Assembly: GCF_963921235.1 (NCBI RefSeq)
Contig: NC_086105.1
Coordinates: 7,378,001-7,442,000 of the forward strand
From: Mobula hypostoma
Taxonomy: Eukaryota
Direction: 5' to 3'
Length of the DNA stretch: 64,000 bases
Both the position numbers and the translations under genes were made by a program. The notes under the pieces were generated by a model. The model made no database searches. It was not told the origin of the DNA and saw nothing but the letters and a program-made list of their open reading frames with translations. Shown piece after piece: positions 1 through 12,100 of the stretch (the stretch's first letter is position 1; each line of letters begins with the position of its first letter).

Positions 1-84
1 GTAATTAAATAAAGAAATTATTTTTAAATAGGTTTGATTTTTTTTGTAATTACTCGTCACGATAGTCCCGATTTCCTTTGACAG

Positions 85-150
85 CACAGGGCGGGGACGT
101 TTCGCGCATGCGGGTTCACTCCATCCGGTGCGTGACGCAGCTTCCGTCTG
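85..150 (+). promoter_or_regulatory. CCT2 CpG-island core promoter motifs
   Basis: GC box GGGCGGGG 89-96, NRF1-like GCGCATGCG 104-112, CRE half-site TGACG 133-137 and ETS-like CTTCCG 141-146 lie just upstream of the ATG at 192. CpG-rich DNA extends from about 55 to 650. Confidence 0.6.
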
Positions 151-191
151 TTAACCAGAAGCGGAGGGACGGCGGCGTCGGAGCGATCACC

Positions 192-194
192 ATG
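192..194 (+). CDS. CCT2: CCT2 exon 1 coding part (ATG only)
   Basis: Kozak-like CACCATG followed directly by donor GTGGGT; exon 2 begins at codon 2 (Ala). Confidence 0.88.
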
Positions 195-3100
195 GTGGGT
201 TACCGGAGTCGGACCGGCCCGGGAGTCGGGGGTTGGGGGGGACAAAACCTTGCAGCGGCGTTGTGTTATCGCTGTTCTGCTTGAGGAAACCGGCGGGCGA
301 AGGGGTACGGGGAGGGAGGTGCCGCGGAGCACGTGGCGTGGGATAACGGTCGGGGCGTTGGGAGCGGTCGAGGGCGCACAGAAGCCGGCCTCTGTCGGCG
401 AAACATCGGGCGAGAGGCGCGTTCCTAGCGCTGGAAAATGCTCGAGGCTTTTCCACAGCGATCGAGGGGGAGCGGCCCCCAAGACTGGGACAAAGCCGGT
501 CTCGCCGAAAGTTCTAGTGCTCGTCGAGGCGGAGCCTTGCTGGGAGAGCCAGTGCGCAGGCGCCGCCCGTCTGCTGGGGACACATCCCCGGTCTTTGTAT
601 AGATGCGGAAATCTGTGGTGTAACCATTCCCCGTACCTGTCACCGGGAGAGTAATAGGAAAAATAAATTGGCGGGATGTCTCTTTTGTTAAGCTGGTAGA
701 AAGATCTTAAAAAGTACCGGATGAACATTTCAAGCTACAATGTAGTGGACCAAGAGCTGGGAGGTGAGGTGTAAACTCGAGTCCGTCTTTTGGCCATCTT
801 GATCGGGACAAGAGAAATGACTCTTTGATGTATGATTATATTAAAAATGACAACGTTCAAAAGGAGGGCATCAGGACAGTGGACCTAATATAGATTTTAA
901 TATATAACAGGAAGGAATCAGGAGCTTTTTAATTATGTAGATATTGTGATACAATGTGGAATAGACTACTTGTTAGACAATTTACTATGACCAATCAACC
1001 TACCAACCAGTATGTGTTTGAACTGTGTGAGGAAACCCACGCCGTCATGGGGAGAGTGTACAAACTCCTTACAGGCAGCAGTACGCTAGCTTGCCACCCC
1101 AAAGGCTTATTGGGGGAGGAGCGGGTGAGCAGGTAGCTGTAGCAAAATGAATAATTTGAAGGGAGCAAGTTCTCGGAAGGTGTTGTAGGAATGGAGAAGG
1201 ATGGGTGTGTGCCGGAGCATAGAAGTAATAATAATTTGGAGAGACAAGTAGGCGTAAGAGCCAGCTAGGAAAAGAGTGTCACGTGGATGAGGCTTAGCAT
1301 GTATGGATATGGATGGCAGGTTTAGAAGAGCTCGTTAAAATAGGATGGTTGGTCTTGACCTGAGCCACCGACTGTAACATTTCCTTCTACAGCATGCATT
1401 CCCGACCTGGGGCTAATGCTAGGGGTCCACGGCATATAAAAGGTTGGGAACCCCTTTTCTACAGATACTGCCTGGCACACTGAGTTCCTGTAGTAGTTTT
1501 GTTGCTGCAGTGTGACTGAGTATGTTGCAGAGGTAAATTTGAACAATTTGCAATGTAACTCAGCTTGCATGTTAGACCCAGTGGCTGCCAAATCCATTGT
1601 AGAAAGATGAGTTGGATTGTTTTGAGCTTCACCAGTACAGTGTGAATGTCATGAGCCAAGAGGCCAGATATCACAGGCATATGTTGAGAAATTTGTTGCT
1701 CTGCGGCAGCAGTACATTGGAATAGCACATAGAACATAGAAAACCTACAGGCCCTTCGGCCTACAAAGCTGTGCCGAACATGTCCTTACCTAAGGTTAAC
1801 CATAGCCCTCTATTTTTCTAAGCTCCATGTACCTGTCCTGGAGTCTCTTAAAAAACCCTATCGTATCCGCCTCCACCACCGTGGCCGACAGCCCATTCCA
1901 CGCACTCACCACTCTGTAGAAAAACTTAACCCTGACATCTCCTCTGTACCTACTTCCAAGCACTTTAAAACTCTGCCCTCTCATGCTAGCTATTTCAGCC
2001 CTGGGAAAAAAGCCTCTTGACTATCCACACAATCAATGCCTCAGAATAAAAAAAAACAAACTTTAAATTACAATAAGAACTACATATAAAATTAAATAAA
2101 ACAGTGCCAAAATCGAGCCAAAAAAAGAAAAATGAATAGATAGTGTTCATGGATTCTTTGTCAATTAAGAAATCTGATGGCAGAGGGGAAGAAGCTGTTC
2201 TGGAGACATTGAGTGTGTGTCTTCAGGCTCCTGTACTACCACTTGATGGTAGTAATGAGAAGAGGGCATGTGTTGAGGGTGATGGGGTTCCTTAATGATG
2301 TGTGCCGTCTTTGTGAGAAAGCATTGCCTTTTGATGCTGTTCTCGATGCTGGGGAGGCCCAGGACAGATCTTCAGAGATGTTAACACCCAGGAATTGAGC
2401 TGTTCACCCGTTCCACTGCAGATCTTTTGATGGAAGACAGGTATATGTTTTCTCGACTTCCCCTGCCTGAAGTCTACTGTCAGTTCCTTGGTCTTGCTGA
2501 CGTTGAGTGCAAGGTGGTTATTGCGACACCACTCAAACAGATGATCTATCTCACTCCTGTATGCCTCCTTGTCGCCATCTGAAATTCTGCCAACAGTAGG
2601 TTGTGTCATTAGCAAATTTAGAAATGACACTTGAGCTACACCTAGCCACACAGTCGTGATTGTAGAGCTGGGGTTCCCACCCTGGGTTCCACGGACCCCT
2701 TGCTTAGTGGTATTGGTCTGTGGCATAAAAAGTCTGGGAGCCCCTGATATAGAAAGAAGAGTAGAGCAGTGAGCTAAGCACACATCTTTTTGGTGTGCTA
2801 ATGTTGATTGTCAGTGGGGAGGAGATGTTATTTACAATTTGCACAGACAGTGTTGTTCCAGTGAGGAAGTCAAGGATACAGTTGCAGAGGGAGGTACACA
2901 GGCAAAGGTTTTGGAGTTTGTTGATTAAAACTGAGGGTATGATGGTGTTGAACTTTGAATTGTAAGCAATAAACAGCAGCCAGATGTAGGTATTACAATT
3001 GTCCAGGTGAACCAAGGCCAAGTGAAGGAGCCAGTGAGATTGTATCCATTATAGACCTATTGTGACAATCAGCAAATTGCGGAGGGTCCAGGTCCTTGCT

Positions 3101-6100
3101 TAGGTTGGAGCTGATTTTGGCCAAGACCAATTTTTTAAAACACTTTATCATAGCAGATGTGAGTGTAGCCGGGCGATAGTCATTGAGGCAGCCCACCCTG
3201 CTCTTCTTTTGGCACTGATATGATTGTTGCTCTTTTGAAGCAGGTGGAAAATCATCGACTGCAGCAGTCCTAGAACTCTCACTCTAGTTTGCTGCACGTG
3301 TTTTCAGTGCTCTACCAGGTACATCATCACGATGAAGGATGTTCTGACATTAGCTACAGGGATTCGCATGGGTGTAGTTTCATTCCCTCTTCCAAAATGT
3401 GCATAAAAGGCATTGAGCTGATCTGGGAGTGAGGCATTTCAGCCATTCATGATGTTAGGTTGCGCCTTGTAGGAATTAATGGCCTGCAAACCCTGCCAGA
3501 GCTGACATGCATGCCGTCTCTTAACTTCATCTGGAATTGTTTTTTTGCTCATAAGGTAGCCTTCTGTAGTCATGTTTGGACTTCCTTGTATAGTTGTGGA
3601 TGATTAGTCTTGAATGCCAGAGATTTAGCCCTCAGCAGCCTACGAATCTCCTGGTTCATCCACACCTATTAGTTTGGGTAGGTCCAGTATGTCCTTGAAG
3701 GCACACTTTCATCCACATACACCTTGATGAAGTCGGTGTGGCATATTCATTCAGACTCTGTGATGAATCCTTGAATGTTGTTCAGTCCACTGTCTCAAAG
3801 CAGACATGTAAGCACTCTGCCTCCCTTGACCATACCTTTTTGATCTTCATCTTTGGTGCTACAGTCGTTAGTGTCTCCCTATACGATACAGTTCTGGTGA
3901 TCAGACTTTAGAAAGTGGGAGGGAGTGTCACAATAAGCATTCTTGATGGTGGTATAACAGTGGTAAAGTATGTTGACTCTCTTTTTACATGTGATGTGTT
4001 GATGGTAGTTAATAATGGGATTAAAAAGTTACTTAGAGAAAGACAGGAACTTGTGTATAGCCCATTGGATGTTCATTGATGTATTGACAAGAGTTTATAC
4101 ATTCTGCATAAGTGTTTGTGTTGCTGTTGGTGACTGCCTTCATAGCTTATGTAATCAAGAAAAAAAACTGAATTTTTTATTCATTTTCTATCTGATTGGT
4201 GTAAATGTTTCTGCAAATATTTGTTGAACACTGTATGTATTTTAAATGACATACTTGACTCAATTGAATTGAATTGACTTCATTTCTTAATCCTTCACAC
4301 ACGAGTAAATTTCTTTAAGTTAAGTTTCCGTCTAAATGTGCAATGTGCAATCATAGTTATTTATAATAAATAAACTATTAATGTAATATAGAGTACACTC
4401 AAATCAGCGTGAGTTAATCAGTCCAATGGCCTGGTGGAAGAAGCTGTCCCGGAGCCTGTTGGTCCTGGCTTTTATGCTACGGTACCGTTTTCCGGATGGT
4501 AGCAGCTGGAATAGATAGTGGTTGGGGTGACTCGGGTCCCCAGTGATTCTATGGGTCTTTTTTACACACTTGTCCTTGTAAATGTCCTGAATCATGGGAA
4601 GTTCACAACTACAGATGCGCTGGGCTGTCTGCACCACTCTCTGCAGAGTCCTGCGATTAAGGGAGGTACAGTTCCCATACCAGGCAGCGATGCAACCAGT
4701 CAGGATTGTGTCCCTGTAGAAAGTTCTTAGGATTTGGGGGCCCATACCCCCAAACTTACTCAACCATCCAAGGTGAAAGAGGCGCTCTTGTGCCTTTTTC
4801 ACCACACAGCTGGTGCGTACAGACCACATGAGGTCCTCGGTGACGTGAATGCCAAGGAACTTAAAACTGTTCACCCTCTCAACCCCAGATCCATTGATGT
4901 CAATAGGGGTTAGCCTGTCTCCATTCCTCCTGTAATCCACAATCAGCTCCTTTGTTTTTTGTGACATTGAGGGAGAGGTTGTTTTCTTGACACCACTGTG
5001 TCAGAGGGATGATTTCATCCCTGTAGACCACCTCGTTATTGTTTGAGGTAAGCCCAGTCAATGTATCGTCAGCTTAATAAATACTGCTTAATAAACTTAA
5101 TATAATTGGTTGAATCTTTAATTAACAATTTGGATGAGAGTTTTGGTGGCATGATCAGTGAGTTTGCAGACTACAGCAAAATTGGGTTGGTGTACTGTGA
5201 AGAAGTTTAGGTTACATTGGATCTTGATTAACTGGGAAAGTAGGCCAAAGACATGTACAAAGTTCTGCATGTAAGGCTGTTAAATCAGGCTAGGGCAATG
5301 ACAGGGTCCTAGGGAATTTGTAGAACAGAGCCACCTGGGGATACCAGTGCGTAATTCCCTGAAAGTGGCAACACAGGTAGATAAAGTGGTGAAAATTAAA
5401 TATGGCACATTTACCTTCATTGTACGAGCTATTGACAAGAGTGGGTCATCATGATGAGCTGAACAAGGTATTGGTGAACTCCTTTTGGAGTTCTGACATT
5501 CAGTTCTGGTTGCCAGGATTTAATGTGGCTGTGCTATGCTAGAGGGGATGAAAAAAAAGATTTACCAGGATGCTGCTGTAACTGGGGTACTTGAATTACA
5601 AGGAGAGGCTGGAGCGAAGGAAGCTGAGAAGTGACTTTGTGGAGGTTTATAGAATCATGAGAAACATGCATAAGGTTGATTGTTCTTTTTCTCGGATAGG
5701 GGAGGTCTATGTAATAGGAGAAAACTAGAGGTCATATGTAATATGAGAAAGGAAAGACTTAAAAGGAGACCTGAGGCAGGTTTTTCACACACAGGGTGTG
5801 AGTATATGGAACAAGCTGCCAGATAAAGTAGTAGAGAAAGGTATACTAAGGTTAAAAAACATTTGGATGGGTACCTGGATAGGAAAAGCTTAGCCTAGGA
5901 TTTGGGCCAGATGCAGGCTTATGGGACTAGCTCGGGAAAACACCTTGATCAGCACAGACATATTGGGCTGTTTTCATTTTGTGTGACTTTGAACTGTGAT
6001 AGCCGTGACGTAACAGCAAGGTCCTACTCATCCAAATTTACCTAAGCCAAATGAGTTGAACTTCAGTATTGAATAATGCATACCAAGGCCTTAGCGGAGA

Positions 6101-9100
6101 CTAGGGCTGAAGCAGCAAACTACTAATTATCAGTGCCCTGACAGGAGCAACGTTGGGGTACAGCTTGGTCTTCCACTGAAACCTCAGGGGCATTTTTAAG
6201 CTTTTAATTTTGTATGATTTTATTGAAACTGCCTGATTTGTAAATGTTTTAAACTTTATGATAACAAAATTTCCTTTTCCCATTCTCCAGGCCAAAAATC
6301 TTCATTGACATGATCGGGGATTGGGCTGGCATGGAAATATAGGCAGATTCTCCAGTTTATTACAATAAAATGTCAATAATCTATTGCTTGTGGAATTTTG
6401 GTCATGGTGAGCACACACATTGTTGGGTGTTACTCTTAAACTCTAAACCATGCCCACTTCACTTTTAAGTGTTTCGTGGAATAATATCTGTAAACCCATT
6501 TGTGTGACACAATCTGCAGAGTAGCTTTCGTTGTGAGGGATAGGAGCATGGAGATCTAGTGGAAGCCGCCAAAGTAGTTGGAAATAACTGATCTGTGGTT
6601 ATAACAATTTCTCTGTATATTAGTTTCATCTTGTTTGGAAAACAAGCTGAATCACACTAGCAGCACACTTGGCTTACATTCTGGACCCTTAGAGTTTCTA
6701 GCCACACACATAACTGACAGTCTGGATTGACTTTATGAGTACAGATTACTAATCCCATTCGTTAGAGCTGGGCTGCCCTAAACCTTCCCCTCCTCCCCCA
6801 CTTCCTTACGCTGACTTCTCATCTTTTTTTCCTCCAGTCCTGATGAAGGGTCTCACCCAAAACGGCGACTGTTTATAGTCTTTTCCACAAATGCTGCCTG
6901 GTGTACAAGTTCCTCCAACGTTTTTGGTGTTTTGCTGCCATGGACCTGTTCAGTTACTGATACTAATGAGAGAGCCAGATGCTAAATGATTGGGATTTTG
7001 GATATAGGATTATCAGACTTTTACTGTACTGGGGAGCAGGCCTCTTCTGGGTTAGGACAAAGTTACCATTATGTCAATCATTAGCTAAGAGATTCCCAAG
7101 ACTCAATTCCTAGAGTTACTTACGTGGAAGAGCTGAATGAAAGCAATTCACCAGCCATTGCCAGCAGGATTTGGCATTATGTAGCTAGAATCCCCTCCAA
7201 ACTCTTATATTTGTATTGATTCTAATTTTTGTTCTGATACTCCAGCTGATAACGCAGTTTATAATACAGCTTTAGTACTTTGGTGTTCAGGAAGTATTCA
7301 TTTAAAAGAGAAGTAATTAACAAGATTGGCTGCTCCACTGACTTGATTATATCACTGCTGCCGTGGAGGAGGGGTTTCCTTGTTTTAACTTTTGACAGCA
7401 ACCACGACATGCACTGTGGAAAGCTCCTTCAAAGCTAGTAATGAGTGCCATTATTTTGCCCATATGGGCACATTTAAGGCCATATATTTGCATTTTAATT
7501 TCTTTTGAAGCTACTTTTCATATAGACGAAAAAGAAATTTGTTTCAGTGACTCTTGTAGAAATAGATTGTCTAGTCTGGCTAAGCAATGTTTTGCTGTCT
7601 GATGTTTTGTAAGACTTCCAAGTTCCCACAGGTTGATTTGAGGTATTTACATTTGTTGGCATCATTCAAAGAATTATTGGTGATTTGGACAGATAATTGA
7701 ATTTATCCTTCTTTTGCCAGGCTTCCCTTTCGTTAGCTCCTGTAAACATCTTCAAAGCAGGTGCTGATGAAGAAAAAGCTGAAACAGCCCGTCTGGTAAG
7801 TATTTAAAATATTTTTAAATTCCCCATTGTTTGACTGACCTATAATTTTTATTTCAGTGTAAATATTGACATATCTACAAAAGCATGTCGTTTGGAAAAT
7901 GTTCTGAATCAATATAGAACACAGAACAGTGCAGGCCCTATGGCTGACCCTTTAACCTACTCCAAGATCAATCTAACCTTTTCCTCTCACATAGCTCGCC
8001 ATTTTCCTATTATCCATGTACCTATTTAAAAGTGTCTTAAATGCCCCTAATGTAGCTGCCTCCACCAGTATTCCTGGCAGCATGTTCCACACACCTACCA
8101 TTTTGTGTAAAAATCCCTACCTCTGACATATCCTCTTTACTTTCCTCTCAACACCTCAAAGTTATACCCCTCGTATTAGCCATCTCCGATCTGGGAAAAA
8201 ATCTCTAGGCTGTTCACTTGATCTTTGCCTCTTCTAATTTGTATACCTCTATCAAGTGACCTTTCATCCTTCTCTCCAAAGGGAGAAGCCATAGCTCACT
8301 CAACCTTTCCTCATCAAACTTTTTAATCCTGATGTCATTCTGGTAAATCTCCTTTGCACCCTCTCTAAAGCTCCCACGTCCTTGCTATATTGAAGCGACT
8401 AGAACTGTGCGGGCTAACAAAGGTTTTATAAAGCTGCAGCATTACCTCACAGCTCTTGAACTCAGTCCCCCACCTACTAAAGTTCACCCATCAACTTGCA
8501 CTGCAACTTTGAGGGATTTATGAATGTAAACCCCAAGATCCCTCTATTCCACACACTTAAGAATCCTGCCATGAGCCCTGTATTCTATCTTCAGGTTCAA
8601 CTTCACAAAGTGAATCACTTTCCACTCCCATCTGCCACTTATCAGCCCAGCTTTTGATTCCTATCATTGTCCTGTTGTAACCTACAATTCTCTTCTACAC
8701 TATCCACAAGCTTCATGTCATCTGCTAACTTACTTATCCACCCTTCCACTTTCTCATCCAAGTAATTTATAAAAATCAGAAGGAGCAGGAGTCCCAGAAC
8801 AGATCCCTGCAGAACACCTCATCGACCTCCAGACAGAAATGCTCATCTATAACCACCCCTCTGTCTTCTGTGGACAAACCAATTCTTAATCCATGCAGCC
8901 AAGTTCCCTGGATCCCAGGCCTTACGATTTTCTAAATGAGCCTGCCATGGGGAACTTTGTTAAATGCCTCACTCGGATTCATTGCCCTTACCTTCATCAA
9001 TATGTTTTGTCACTGCTTCAAATAAACAGTATCCGGGATATAGAGTGCAAGTTGAATCAAGAGTTAAAATTGGCATGTTGCAAAGGTAACGCTACAGTTG

Positions 9101-12100
9101 TTATGGGGGATTTCAACATGCAGGTATACTGGGAAAATCAGGTTGGTACAAGACTCCAAGAAAGTGAGTTTGTGGAGTATCTCCGAGATGGATTCTTAGA
9201 GCAGCTTGTACTGGAGCCTACCAGGGAGAAGGCAATTCTGGATCTGGTGTTGTGTAGTGAACCGGATTTGATAAGGGAACTGGAGGTAAAGGAGCCATTA
9301 GGAGGTAGTGACCATAATATGATAAGTTTTAATCTACAATTTGAGAGGGAGAAGGGAAAATCGGAAGTGTCAGTATTACAGTTGAATAAAAGGGACTTTG
9401 GAGCCATGAGGGAGGAGCTGGCCAAAGTTGACTGGAAAGATACCCTAGCAGGGATGACAGTGGAACAACAATGGCAGATATTTCTGGGAATAATACAGAA
9501 GGTGCAGGATCAGTTCATTCCAAAGAGGAAGAAAGATTCTAAGGGGAGTAAGGGGCGACCGTGGCTGACAAGGGAAGTCAAGGACTGTATAAAAATAAAA
9601 GAGAAGAAGTATAACATAGCAAAGACGAGTGGGAAGCCAGAGGGTTGGGAAACTTTTAAAGAGCAACAGAAGATAACTAAAAAGGCAATACAGGGAGAAA
9701 AGATGAGGTACGAAGGTAAGCTAGCCAAGAATATAAAGGAGGATAGTAAAAGCTTCTTTAGGTATGTGAAGAGGAAAAAATTAGTTAAGACTAAAGTTAG
9801 GCCTTCGAAGACAGAAATGGGTGAATTTATTACGGGGAACAAAGAAATGGTAGACGAGTTGAACAGGTACTTTGGATCTGTCTTCACTGGGGAAGACACA
9901 AACAATCTCCCAGATAAAATAGTGGCCAGAGGACCTAGGGTAATGGAGGAACTGAAGGAAATTCACATGAGGCAGGGAGTGGTGTTGGATAGACTGATGG
10001 GACTGAAGGCTGATAAATCCCCAGGGCCTGATGGTCTGCATCCCAGGGTACTTAAGGAGGTGGCTCTAGAAATCATGGATGCATTGGTAATCATTTTTCA
10101 ATGTTCTATAGATTCAGGATCAGTTCCTGTGGATTGGAGGGTAGCTAATGTTATCCCACTTTTTAAGAAAGAAGGGAGAGAGAAAACAGGGAAATATAGA
10201 CCAGTTAACCTGACATCAGTGGTGGGGAAGATGCTGGAGTCAATTATAAAAGATGAAATAGCGGCACATTTGGATAGCAGTAACAGGATTGGTCCAAGTC
10301 AACATGGATTTACAAAGGGGAAATCATGCTTGACTAATCTTCTAGAATATTTTGAGGATGTACCTATGAAAATGGACGAGGGAGAGCGAGTAGGTGTAGT
10401 GTACCAAGGCTTTCAGAAAGCCTTTGATAAGGTCCCACATAGGAGATTAGTGGGCAAAATTAGACTACATGGTATTGGGGGTAGGGTACTGACATGGATC
10501 GTAAATTGGTTGGCAGACAGAAAAGAGTAGGGATTAAGGGGTCCCTTTCAGAATGGCAGGTGGTGACTAGTGGGGTACCGCAAGGCTTGGTGCTGGGACC
10601 GCAGCTATTTACAATACACATTAATGACTTAGATGAAGGCATTAAAAGTAACATTAGCAAATTTGCACATGACACAAAGCTGGGTGGCAGTGTGAAATGT
10701 GAGGAGGATGGTATGAGAATGCAGGGTGACTTGGACAGGTTCAGTGAGTGGGCAGATGCAGTTTAATGTGGATATATGTGAGGTTATCCACTTTGGTGGC
10801 AAGAACAGGAAGGCAGATTACTATCTGAACAGTGTCAATTTAGGAAAAGGGGAAGTACAACGAGATCTAGGTGTCCTTGGTCATCAGTCACTGAAAGTAA
10901 GCATGCAGGTACAGCAGGCAGTGAAGAAAGCTAATGGCATGTTGGCCTTCATATCAAGGGGAGTTGAGTATAGGAGCAAAGAGGTCCTTCTGCAGTTGTA
11001 CAGGGCCCTGGTGAGACCACACCTGGAGTATTGTGTGAAGTTTTGGTCTCCAAATTTGAGGAAGGACATTCTTGCTATTGAGGGAGTGCAGTGTAGGTTC
11101 ATGAGGTTAATTCCGGGGATGGCGGGACTGTCATATGTTGAAAGATTGGAGCGACTGGGCTTGTATACACTGGAATTTAGAAGGATGAGAGGGGATCTGA
11201 TTGAAACATATAAGATTATTAAGGGATTGGACACGCTAGGGCAGGAGACATGTTCCCGATGTTGGGGGAGTCCAGAACCAGAGGCCACAGTTTAAGAATA
11301 AGTGGTAAGCCATTTAGAACAGAGTTGAGGAAAAACTTTTTCACCCAGACAGTTGTGGATCGGTCGAATGCTCTGCCTCAGAAGGCAGTGGAGGCCAATT
11401 CCCTGGATTCTTTCAAGAAAGAGTTTGATAGAGCTCTTAAAGACAGTGGAGTCAAGGGATATGGGGAGAAGGCAGGAATGGGGTACTGATTGTGGATGAT
11501 CAGCCATGATCGCAGTGAATGGTGGTGTTGGTTCGAAGGGCCGAATGGCCTACCCCTGCACCTATTGTCTATTATTCATTCAAGCTTGTGAGGCAAGAGC
11601 TGCCCAATATAAAGGCACATGGAATATCCTTAATCAGCTTATGCTTCTCCAAATGTTCATAAATCCTGTCACCAAGAATTCTCTCCAATAGTTTGCCCAC
11701 CACTGACTTAATTCCCAGGATTGTCCCTATTACCTTTCTTGAACAAAGGAATAGCATTTGCCACTCTCCAGTCCTCCAATTCTGTGACCAATGAGAACGT
11801 AAAGATCATGGCCAAAGGCAGAGGAATCTCCTTCCTCACTTTCCGCAGTAGCCTAGGGTATGTTATGTCTGGTCCCAAGAGGTTTAATTTAATGATTTTT
11901 AAAATTGATAATTATTGATCTTTGTTCAGAAAATCTTAAAAGCTTGTCTGATTCTAGGGCAAATGATCTAATGCTTTTCAAAAATCCTAGCACGTCCTCT
12001 TCCTTCATGTCACCATGTTCCAAGATATCAGCCTGTTATATGCTGACCTTACTTTCATTAAGGTCCTTTCACTGGTAAATACTGAAGCAAAGTATTCATT

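Noticed and set aside
57-728. 223-aa minus-strand ORF and overlapping ORFs
   Set aside because: By-product of the GC-rich CCT2 promoter/intron 1 CpG island; Pro/Arg/Ser-rich with no domain.
8893-10530. 545-aa ORF as a host gene
   Set aside because: It is CR1 ORF2 with a chance in-frame N-terminus from the flanking antisense CR1, and it is frameshifted inside the RT.
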